A stretch of DNA of 20,000 bases from an uncultured virus (IMG/VR IMGVR_UViG_3300034279_001265) (IMGVR_UViG_3300034279_001265), one strand, 5' to 3'. Shown: positions 10,081 through 16,597, counted from the first letter of the stretch. The notes: generated by a model from the letters alone, not told the origin. A program made the numbers and translations.

Positions 10081-10152
10081 TTGCGGGCGCAGGGGTCGAA
10101 CCTGCCACACATCTATGGTTATGAGCCAAGACTGCCACCAAGGCTGCCCGCA
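10081..10152 (-). tRNA. Atypical tRNA with CAT anticodon (Met/fMet/Ile2-like)
   Basis: Acceptor TGCGGGC/GCCCGCA plus discriminator A; anticodon loop CTCATAA; T arm GCAGG-TTCGACC-CCTGC; D arm reduced to GCC-TTGGT-GGC; followed by CTA rather than CCA. Confidence 0.75.
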
Positions 10153-10158
10153 TGTATA

Positions 10159-10416
10159 TCAAGACTCTCCGATAATCTTTGAGATCTGAACAACAGTTTT
10201 TTCTGTACTAAGGGCCATCTTCTCTACTTCACGTTTTTCGTTTTCTAGTTCAGCAAGTTTTAGTTGCAGATTTTCAATAGCGATAACCTGCTCTTTATGC
10301 AGTGCGGTTAGCTCTATGGACATCTTGTAAAAAGTGCTTAAGATGTCATGTTTTTTGCGTTCAAGGGTGGCCAAAGCGGAACTGCGTTTGAACAGGTTGA
10401 TTAAAAATGTAAGCAT
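10159..10416 (-). CDS. Hypothetical coiled-coil protein
   Basis: 85 aa heptad-rich ORF with AAAAACCA leader, in operon orientation. Confidence 0.7.
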   Translation of the reverse strand: MLTFLINLFKRSSALATLERKKHDILSTFYKMSIELTALHKEQVIAIENLQLKLAELENEKREVEKMALSTEKTVVQISKIIGES

Positions 10417-10450
10417 TGGTTTTTGGAGGTTTGAGGGTTAAACAAAAAAA

Positions 10451-10741
10451 TTACCATATAATGGCAATGTCGCGCTCTGCAATCATAAGTTTGATGCTGT
10501 ATTCTAACTGAACTACATCTGCATGCTGCAAGTATTGGGTAGGAACAAAGACTTTGTCGCCAGGAACTACATGCGTGACCTCATCACCTGTAGCAAAAAC
10601 TTCCAGCATAGTCCACTTTTGCATCATTTCACGTTCTAGTTGAGCTTCTGCTTCCGGTGAAAGCTGAATGACAGACTCTGGTTTGTCAGGTTTGTTTAAC
10701 AAGATCCTGGTTCCAAGTAGTGTTTTAAAGGGTTTTGACAT
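10451..10741 (-). CDS. groES: GroES/Cpn10-like co-chaperonin
   Basis: 96 aa; FKTLLGTRILL (cf. PLxDRVLV), EVFATGDEV..VVPGDKVFV (cf. VVAVG...VKVGDxV), LMIAERDIAII (cf. LIxRExDILA). Confidence 0.75.
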   Translation of the reverse strand: MSKPFKTLLGTRILLNKPDKPESVIQLSPEAEAQLEREMMQKWTMLEVFATGDEVTHVVPGDKVFVPTQYLQHADVVQLEYSIKLMIAERDIAIIW

Positions 10742-10816
10742 TAGATTAAAATTGGTTTAATAAAGATAAAATTTAAAAGATTTAACGCAGTAAAGTTAAA
10801 CGTCTGCTGTTTGATT

Positions 10817-11059
10817 TTAAGACACTTCTTCTGAAGGTTGTTTATCCTCCGGCTTGGTCAAAGGAGCTTTAAACTGAGCAATCACAGCCATAGCTTGCAG
10901 ACGCTTTGCCTCTTGTATTACTGTGTTGCTTTGCAGCTTAGTTAGTCTATAGCGAAGCTTTGCCACCGCTATTTGCTCATTGTACCAAGCAGTTAGATCT
11001 TCCAATGATGGTTCAGCTTGCTTTGATGGTTCAACTGGTGTTTGATTTTCGTTTGTCAT
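10817..11059 (-). CDS. Hypothetical protein, first gene of the leftward operon
   Basis: 80 aa, central helix with disordered termini, directly downstream of the leftward promoter. Confidence 0.7.
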   Translation of the reverse strand: MTNENQTPVEPSKQAEPSLEDLTAWYNEQIAVAKLRYRLTKLQSNTVIQEAKRLQAMAVIAQFKAPLTKPEDKQPSEEVS

Positions 11060-11089
11060 AAGGATTGGTTTACATTTAAAAGAGTTTTC

Positions 11090-11149
11090 TCTCTACAAAT
11101 ATACTCCAAAAGTTTAACTTCTGCAAATTTGTCTTTATATTTGTAGAGA
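11090..11149. promoter_or_regulatory. Divergent Bacteroidota sigma-A-type promoter pair
   Basis: 14-bp perfect inverted repeat TCTCTACAAATATA (11090-11103) / TATATTTGTAGAGA (11136-11149). Each arm reads TATATTTG (TAnnTTTG -7 element) outward; minus strand TTTG-N20-TATATTTG, plus strand TTTA-N19-TATATTTG. Lies exactly at the strand switch. Confidence 0.75.
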
Positions 11150-11163
11150 AGATATTTTACACA

Positions 11164-11538
11164 ATGCAGTACCAAGACTTTAAAAAAATATTGCTCACAT
11201 ATAAAAAAGGCACTCAAAACATCACTGCACTGGATAAAATAGGTGTTGACCTCTTTGAAAGTCCTTATGAACTAAACAGCGTTCTTGAACACATGCTGAT
11301 GTTTTCCATGGGTTGTCACTACACAGAAGAGGGCTTGGAGTGGATCAGCTGGTTCATCTATGAGAACGAGTGGGGAAAGAAAAAGTGGAAAGGGCCCTTG
11401 TATGAGCGCAACAGTGAAGGAAAGCTGGTTGCTTCTGGAAACTCTGATGGATACGGGGCGCATGACCGCAAAGGAAAACCTATATGCTATTCTATGCGCT
11501 CTTTGCATCAGCATTTACAAAAAGACCATCTTAAATAA
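11164..11538 (+). CDS. Hypothetical phage protein
   Basis: 124 aa ORF (EGLEWISWFIYENEWG motif), first gene after the rightward promoter. Confidence 0.75.
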   Translation: MQYQDFKKILLTYKKGTQNITALDKIGVDLFESPYELNSVLEHMLMFSMGCHYTEEGLEWISWFIYENEWGKKKWKGPLYERNSEGKLVASGNSDGYGAHDRKGKPICYSMRSLHQHLQKDHLK

Positions 11539-11547
11539 GCTTTAGCC

Positions 11548-12033
11548 ATGTACGTCACCAGAGAAAAAGAGTGGGAGGCCTTGGTCAAGGTCTGCCAGGT
11601 CCTTGAGAAAAACCTAAGCCTGGTGCCAGGCAAAGCGGCAGTAGCCATGGTCAGTCCTGACTACAGTGCCACGGCAGCCATGCACATCGCCCATCACTTA
11701 AGCCACGGTGGTGAGATGCTGGACATTGTGCCTGTAGAGGTGCCTTACCCTGATGAGGATCCTGAGCGTTACCGCAAGCTCTTTGCCAACCGCACCTGCT
11801 TTGAGTTTTTTCCCTTTGAGACAGTGATCCTGGTAGAGGCAGGGGTGATCACCGGTGGCAACTACAACTTTTTTGCCAATCATCTTATAGAGATGGGCTT
11901 CAGAGTAGTCACTGTAGCCTTGTTTGAGAACGTCCACAGCAGGTTTCAAAGCGATGTGGTAGGTTTTTACTATGACCACCAGGCTGAACAGCTGGAGTTT
12001 TACTATGAAAGAGACAACAACCACTGGAAATGA
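11548..12033 (+). CDS. Type I phosphoribosyltransferase-fold protein with divergent PRPP loop
   Basis: VILVEAGVITGGNY aligns by eye with the PRPP-binding motif hhhhDDhhxTGxT; flanking VVTVALF and DVVGFYY...EFYYE resemble xanthine/guanine PRT-like C-termini. Confidence 0.55.
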   Translation: MYVTREKEWEALVKVCQVLEKNLSLVPGKAAVAMVSPDYSATAAMHIAHHLSHGGEMLDIVPVEVPYPDEDPERYRKLFANRTCFEFFPFETVILVEAGVITGGNYNFFANHLIEMGFRVVTVALFENVHSRFQSDVVGFYYDHQAEQLEFYYERDNNHWK

Positions 12034-12476
12034 AAAAAGCCATCTTTAAGTTCAATCGTGGAAGAATGGCGCTGCTGTGCTCCAAATGCAGAAGAATTGT
12101 CAAAACAGGTCCTGAGTTTTCTTTAGATGAGCTGGCAGCATCCCAAGGGGAAGGTGCCATAGGACCACAATACTGTGAACAGTGCAAACCTGGTATAGAA
12201 GAACCTGACTACATGCTGGTTCGCGCAGAAGATGGTCTGACACTCACTGCAAAAGAAATTAAGTTTATTGAATGGAAAGAAGACGGTTCCTTTGAAAAAG
12301 GTCATGATCAAGCAGCTGAAGGGCGGTCTTTGATTCTAGATCCTCAGTACGGCAGGTTCTTCACCTGGATGACCACCCAAATTGTCAAAATCACTGAACA
12401 GAACCCCAACTCCATAAAATTCTCTACCAAAAACTCTAACTACCTGCTGCAATGGAAACAGAAACCAAGCGACTAA
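12030..12476 (+). CDS. Hypothetical protein with N-terminal zinc ribbon
   Basis: CSKC...CEQC followed by a separate beta-rich domain (GRSLILDP...FTWMTTQI...IKFSTKNSNY); ATGA overlap with the previous gene. Confidence 0.7.
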   Translation: MKKAIFKFNRGRMALLCSKCRRIVKTGPEFSLDELAASQGEGAIGPQYCEQCKPGIEEPDYMLVRAEDGLTLTAKEIKFIEWKEDGSFEKGHDQAAEGRSLILDPQYGRFFTWMTTQIVKITEQNPNSIKFSTKNSNYLLQWKQKPSD

Positions 12477-12916
12477 CCGCTGAGATCATCAAGATTTACC
12501 CTGAAATGTTCCAAGGTACAGACCCCAACTACACCCCCTGGAGAGCAGGTTTAGGTGTAGACCTGGGTTGGTACCCTATCATAAAGCGCCTGGTCACTAC
12601 CATAAAGGAAAACGATGACCAGTACAACCTGGAAAATGGTACTGAGGTGGTGACAAAGGTTTTTGACATCAAAGAAAAGTATGGCAGCTTAAGATTCCAT
12701 CCTGTTGGTGGAACCAGTGACAAAAACTGGGATGCCATAGAAGCTGCAGAAAATGAATCTGAAAACACCTGTGAGACCTGCGGGTCAACAGAGGATGTAG
12801 GCACCTGGACCAAAGGATGGATTGTGACCTGCTGCAAGAGCTGCGCTCAAAAGCGTACTGAATTTCAAACCCCTAAACAAGAGCTTGACGCAGTCTGGCT
12901 ACCAAGAAAAAAATGA
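12452..12916 (+). CDS. Hypothetical phage protein with C-terminal zinc finger
   Basis: GWYPII...IKEKYGSLRF...ESENTCETCG...WIVTCCKSC pattern. Confidence 0.7.
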   Translation: METETKRLTAEIIKIYPEMFQGTDPNYTPWRAGLGVDLGWYPIIKRLVTTIKENDDQYNLENGTEVVTKVFDIKEKYGSLRFHPVGGTSDKNWDAIEAAENESENTCETCGSTEDVGTWTKGWIVTCCKSCAQKRTEFQTPKQELDAVWLPRKK

Positions 12917-13176
12917 AAACCTGGATGAAACTATTTTTGACCGGTGTGGTGCAGGTCTACTTTGTTGCTATTAACACCGTCTTTTTAAGCAAAGAACTCT
13001 ATGTTGGTGTCTTCTTTGCAGCCTTTATGATATCCATGGTTTGGTCTTACAATATCAAGAAGATTGTTTTTGGTACAATGATAGACAGAGTGCTATACTC
13101 TCTAGGTGCTACTGTAGGCAGTCTGCTTGGGTTATTCACAAGTGGTTTACTTGCAGATTTTATCACTAACTTATAG
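12913..13176 (+). CDS. Small membrane protein (about 3 TM helices)
   Basis: 87 aa, three hydrophobic stretches; ATGA overlap. Confidence 0.7.
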   Translation: MKTWMKLFLTGVVQVYFVAINTVFLSKELYVGVFFAAFMISMVWSYNIKKIVFGTMIDRVLYSLGATVGSLLGLFTSGLLADFITNL

Positions 13177-13189
13177 TGAACCCCACATT

Positions 13190-13837
13190 ATGAAAGACCC
13201 TAATAGATCGCGTAAGACTGAAATTAAGTATTTAGTTGAGTTAAATGAAGAGCAGAAAGACGCCAAGCGTCTGATAAGAGATAACCAGATAGTGATCGTT
13301 ACAGGACGCGCAGGTTCAGGAAAGTCATTGGTATCAGCTCAAACAGCACTAGACTTCTTATTCAAGAAAGAGTGCGAGAACATCTATGTAACGCGTGCCA
13401 CCATTGAGGTGGGTGCTACCATGGGGTTGTTGCCTGGATCACTGGACGAAAAGTTTAACCCTTACCTGGAAGCTTTTGTGGAGAATCTGGAAAAGTGCTA
13501 TGATAAAACTAAAATCCAGGAGATGGTCAAAAACAAACAGATCGTGGCATATCCTGTGCAGTTCATTAGGGGTAAGACTATAGATGATGTCTTAGTAGTA
13601 GAAGAAGCACAAAACCTGACTAAATCTCAGATGCTGGCTATTCTCACACGCTTGGGTAAAACAGGTAAGATCATCGTCAATGGAGACAACGAGCAAAAAG
13701 ATATCAGAGATGAGTACAACGGACTATCCTACGCTATTGAACTCAGCAAGAAAATCTCTGAAATCAAATGGATCAAGCTTAAAGAGAACCACCGCTCTGA
13801 TCTAGTAGGAAAGATCCTTGACTTTGAATACAACTAA
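13190..13837 (+). CDS. phoH: PhoH-family ATPase
   Basis: Start more likely ATG 13190 (MKDPNRS). Walker A GRAGSGKS, MGLLPGSLDEKFNPY, FIRGKT, VVEEAQN, LTRLG, NGDNEQKD, HRSDLV. Confidence 0.92.
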   Translation: MKDPNRSRKTEIKYLVELNEEQKDAKRLIRDNQIVIVTGRAGSGKSLVSAQTALDFLFKKECENIYVTRATIEVGATMGLLPGSLDEKFNPYLEAFVENLEKCYDKTKIQEMVKNKQIVAYPVQFIRGKTIDDVLVVEEAQNLTKSQMLAILTRLGKTGKIIVNGDNEQKDIRDEYNGLSYAIELSKKISEIKWIKLKENHRSDLVGKILDFEYN

Positions 13838-13850
13838 CTAACCTGACACC

Positions 13851-14063
13851 ATGATACGTTTACACAACAACTTTGACTTTGGTCAAATTGTCTACCTAAA
13901 GTCTGACACCATGCAACTCCCAAGACTTATTAACGCGATGCAACTGGCCGGTGACAGCACAGCACCCATCATGTATAGACTCTGTCAAGAGACAGATGAG
14001 ACCTGGCACTATGAGGTAGAAATCTCAGCAGAGAAAGACATCATGATGACAACTAACAACTAA
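13851..14063 (+). CDS. Hypothetical protein (70 aa)
   Basis: FDFGQIVYLKSD...WHYEVEIS small beta-domain pattern; followed by a terminator. Confidence 0.7.
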   Translation: MIRLHNNFDFGQIVYLKSDTMQLPRLINAMQLAGDSTAPIMYRLCQETDETWHYEVEISAEKDIMMTTNN

Positions 14064-14086
14064 AAACACTCCCCCCTCCTTTAAAC

Positions 14087-14122
14087 AACCCTCAGGTACC
14101 CCCCTGGGGGTTTTGTCATTTT
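14087..14122 (+). terminator. Rho-independent terminator closing the phoH block
   Basis: AACCCTCAGG-TACCCC-CCTGGGGGTT followed by TTGTCATTTT. Confidence 0.65.
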
Positions 14123-14307
14123 GGGGCGCACTACACAAAATCGGGGCGCTCTCATGATTTCCCTATAGAGAGAGAACAAACACTAAGGAGAGAAATGACA
14201 CACTAACTCACGCACTGACATGAGGTGTGAACTGATGGGTGTAAAAATGTGATGTGGGTGAGAGTGGTGGGAGTCCCTATGACAACGATCCCCCCAAGAA
14301 ACACAAC

Positions 14308-14322
14308 AACCCTCAACCCCCC
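14308..14322 (+). promoter_or_regulatory. Repeated upstream motif, copy 1 (AACCCTCAACCCCCC)
   Basis: One of six similar copies; 43 nt before ATG 14351. Confidence 0.6.
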
Positions 14323-14350
14323 TGTGTATGCAGGTCAAATCCTTTACGCT

Positions 14351-14452
14351 ATGTACCACACATGGAACATTGCAGGACACGACATCATTGCTAAGAGTCT
14401 GAGGGAAGCCTTTGCTTACTTTAAGAACTACTGCATGAATGTCAATGGGTGA
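14351..14452 (+). CDS. Micro-protein (33 aa, MYHTWNIAGHDIIAKSLREAFAYFKNYCMNVNG)
   Basis: ATG at the same distance from the repeated motif as the starts of the next modules; followed by a strong hairpin. Confidence 0.55.
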   Translation: MYHTWNIAGHDIIAKSLREAFAYFKNYCMNVNG

Positions 14453-14480
14453 AAGTCATCCAACCTGCACACGCAGACAC

Positions 14481-14521
14481 AAGAGAGATGCTCTGTCACA
14501 AGGGCGTCTCTCTTGGTCTTT
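14481..14521 (+). terminator. Module-ending hairpin / terminator
   Basis: 14-bp stem AAGAGAGATGCTCT/AGGGCGTCTCTCTT with GU pairs, then GGTCTTT. Confidence 0.6.
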
Positions 14522-14534
14522 AAGGCGTTTGATT

Positions 14535-14568
14535 AACCTTCAACCCACCTTGTTGTTCAACTAAACCC
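14535..14568 (+). promoter_or_regulatory. Repeated upstream motif, copy 2, with GTTCAACTAAACCC leader
   Basis: AACCTTCAACCCACC-TTGTTGTTCAACTAAACCC, 41 nt before GTG 14576. Confidence 0.65.
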
Positions 14569-14575
14569 AATTCTC

Positions 14576-14815
14576 GTGCACAAAATCAAATCTTTCGTCA
14601 TGCCTGCCCAGGTGCTTGCATGGCTACTCATCTCAGGTACCATGACAGTTATCTGGCATGTATTTGTTGCAGGCGCTATCAGCATGCTAACACGCAGTCA
14701 GACATTCATGGATGTTAGCGACTCATATACCACATGGAATATGAGCTTCATGATGTTCGTTTTCTCACTAATTATTGTTGGCGTATGGTTGTGGGCGGGA
14801 GAGTCAAAGCGTTGA
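14576..14815 (+). CDS. Small membrane protein (2 TM)
   Basis: 79 aa, two hydrophobic helices; GTG start at the conserved distance from the motif. Confidence 0.65.
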   Translation: MHKIKSFVMPAQVLAWLLISGTMTVIWHVFVAGAISMLTRSQTFMDVSDSYTTWNMSFMMFVFSLIIVGVWLWAGESKR

Positions 14816-14845
14816 CCACTGGCTGTCTGGTATCTGTTGGCACAT

Positions 14846-14880
14846 GGTTGTGGGAGGATTAGTCCTCTCACAGCCTTTGT
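14846..14880 (+). terminator. Module-ending hairpin / terminator
   Basis: GGTTGTGGGAGGA-TTAG-TCCTCTCACAGCC then TTTGT. Confidence 0.6.
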
Positions 14881-14890
14881 GTCTCATATC

Positions 14891-14924
14891 AACCTTCAAC
14901 TCCCCTTTTGGTTCAACTAAACCC
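14891..14924 (+). promoter_or_regulatory. Repeated upstream motif, copy 3, with GTTCAACTAAACCC leader
   Basis: AACCTTCAACTCCCC-TTTTGGTTCAACTAAACCC, 41 nt before ATG 14932. Confidence 0.65.
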
Positions 14925-14931
14925 TAAACTC

Positions 14932-15156
14932 ATGTTAAAATCTTTGATTATCCAACAATCACGCCCCACAGACCGCATTGCTGTTGCCGACGAGTACATA
15001 AATGTCGACAAAGAAACTCATTTGTTTGTACACGGCATGGTAATAGATGCTAAAAAGAGTCCTTTTGTAAAGCGCGTCACCGCATTCAATAAGACTGTCT
15101 ACTTGGTCAACATAGACCTCATGATGAGAATTGAGGCGTCTAACCTTTTAACATAA
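14932..15156 (+). CDS. Hypothetical protein (74 aa)
   Basis: ATG 14932 (MLKSLIIQ...) preferred over TTG 14908, which lies inside the repeated leader. Confidence 0.65.
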   Translation: MLKSLIIQQSRPTDRIAVADEYINVDKETHLFVHGMVIDAKKSPFVKRVTAFNKTVYLVNIDLMMRIEASNLLT

Positions 15157-15162
15157 ACCACT

Positions 15163-15201
15163 GACCCTCCTGCGATAGCATCAAAGGAGGGTCTTTTGTT
15201 T
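15163..15201 (+). terminator. Rho-independent terminator
   Basis: GACCCTCCT...AGGAGGGTC followed by TTTTGTTT. Confidence 0.7.
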
Positions 15202-15209
15202 CTCACTGC

Positions 15210-15224
15210 AACCTTCAACCCCCC
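15210..15224 (+). promoter_or_regulatory. Repeated upstream motif, copy 4 (AACCTTCAACCCCCC)
   Basis: Followed by ...CACTAAACCCTAA and ATG 15272. Confidence 0.65.
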
Positions 15225-15271
15225 TTTTCATTCAGTTCATTTTGTTTCACTAAACCCTAATTTAAACTACC

Positions 15272-15772
15272 ATGAACAAAGTTTTCATCACCCCCAATGC
15301 TCAGACCGGTGCTCTTGTCACTCCGTTTAGTAGCAACCCAGACTACGGTTACCTCCAACTGCAGTCTGTCGAAATGACCCAACGCGATGGCGGTTGGTTG
15401 GAGGAAAAACGCCGCAGTGCATTGCTACGCGCTAAGACAGAGGTCTTAGAAAGCTTCATTGCACAGCAAGGCAAAACGCTCATGCTGCCCGGTCGCATTG
15501 TTGTTCGCGAGTTTGTTGAAAGCAACCTCCCTGAAAACTATGCTTCGCGTCTGAACAAAAAGCTCTCCTACGAGCAAGCTGTTCAACCGTTCCTGAAGCG
15601 TGCAGGTAAAGACGGTGTTGCGCTTACCTGCGGTGGTGAGCGCATCCTGCGTTTCTCAGACTACGACGCATCCGGCACGCAGTCTGACGTCTCTGTAGCT
15701 CACGACAATGTCAGTGAGGTCGCAGAGTTCCGCGCAGCTGTCAACGCACACAGCGCCACACTGCCTGCGTAA
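15272..15772 (+). CDS. Conserved hypothetical protein, paralog A of tandem pair
   Basis: 166 aa; shares YGYLQL, RSxLLRAK, LPGxIVVxE, KRAGxDGV and GERIxRFSxYD with 16025-16516. Confidence 0.85.
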   Translation: MNKVFITPNAQTGALVTPFSSNPDYGYLQLQSVEMTQRDGGWLEEKRRSALLRAKTEVLESFIAQQGKTLMLPGRIVVREFVESNLPENYASRLNKKLSYEQAVQPFLKRAGKDGVALTCGGERILRFSDYDASGTQSDVSVAHDNVSEVAEFRAAVNAHSATLPA

Positions 15773-15774
15773 CG

Positions 15775-15840
15775 CTGAACTTGACACACCAGGTTGGGAG
15801 ATTCGTCTCCCAGCCTTGGTGCAAGTCAGGTCAGTTTTTT
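15775..15840 (+). terminator. Large hairpin / terminator after paralog A
   Basis: AGGTTGGGAGA-TTCG-TCTCCCAGCCT core with outer CACC/GGTG and ACTTG/CAAGT pairing, then TTTTTT. Confidence 0.6.
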
Positions 15841-15924
15841 CTCAACCACAAGTCAAGAACGTGCTCTTGTGCATGCATGCAAATCACGAGGGTGTCAGTT
15901 TTTTCCTAAGTAACCTCTCAGAAC

Positions 15925-15990
15925 AACCCTCAAACCCCCTTTGAGTAAAACTCTGAGAACAGACTTAGTACAGACAACCTTCAACCCCCC
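15925..15990 (+). promoter_or_regulatory. Repeated upstream motif, copies 5 and 6
   Basis: AACCCTCAAACCCCC (15925-15939) and AACCTTCAACCCCCC (15976-15990); the latter is 49 nt before ATG 16025. Confidence 0.6.
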
Positions 15991-16024
15991 CATCAATTCA
16001 CACTTAAAACCAAATTTTTTTATT

Positions 16025-16516
16025 ATGTCTCAAGTCCAAATCATCCCCAACTCCACCACAGGTAGCCTCATTACTCCGTTCAAAAACAATGCTGAGTACG
16101 GTTACCTACAATTGTCTCAGTCCTCTATGATCCCCGAAGGAAGTTGGATCAGAGAACGCAAGCGTAGCACCCTGTTGCGCGCTAAGTGCGACGTGTTGCA
16201 GCGTTTTGTGCAGTCTAACAAGACACTGTCACTCCCTGGACACATCGTTGTCAAAGAGTACGTTGAAAGCGAAGTTCCTGAGAATCTCTTTGAACAGTTC
16301 GCTAACAAGAATCTACCCGCTTCTCAAGCACTTGACAGTTTTGTCAAACGCGCAGGTCAAGACGGCGTAGAACTCTGTGTAGACGGTGAACGCATCATCA
16401 GATTCTCTGTGTATGACGCAACCGGTCAAGACCAGGATGTTTATGTACAGCACAACAACACCGATGCTGTACGTGAATTCAACGCTGTACGCAATTCTCA
16501 GAACGCAAAACTCTAA
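16025..16516 (+). CDS. Conserved hypothetical protein, paralog B of tandem pair
   Basis: Start ATG 16025 (MSQVQIIPNSTTG) aligns with the N-terminus of paralog A; the 15941 TTG extension runs through the regulatory repeat. Confidence 0.85.
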   Translation: MSQVQIIPNSTTGSLITPFKNNAEYGYLQLSQSSMIPEGSWIRERKRSTLLRAKCDVLQRFVQSNKTLSLPGHIVVKEYVESEVPENLFEQFANKNLPASQALDSFVKRAGQDGVELCVDGERIIRFSVYDATGQDQDVYVQHNNTDAVREFNAVRNSQNAKL

Positions 16517-16541
16517 GAATTGTAAAGCACTACAACTAATT

Positions 16542-16597
16542 TCTGAGAGAGTTGCTGAAGATTTAATAAGTCTTTAGCACTCTCTTAGATTTTTTTT
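16542..16597 (+). terminator. Rho-independent terminator
   Basis: TCTGAGAGAG-T-TGCTGAAGA / TCTTTAGCA-CTCTCTTAGA long stem followed by T8. Confidence 0.75.

Noticed and set aside
9995..10189. 64-aa plus-strand ORF
   Set aside because: Antisense to the tRNA-CAT and against the operon direction.
14160..14174. Minus-strand CTCTCTATAGGGA resembling the end of a T7 promoter
   Set aside because: Lacks the TAATACGA specificity region, single copy, and there is no T7-type RNAP context.
14308..15990. C-rich repeats as a CRISPR array
   Set aside because: Repeats are only about 15 nt, spacing is irregular (51-715 nt) and the intervals contain genes and terminators.
15941..16024. 28-aa N-terminal extension of paralog B
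   Set aside because: Runs through the regulatory repeat; alignment with paralog A places the start at 16025.
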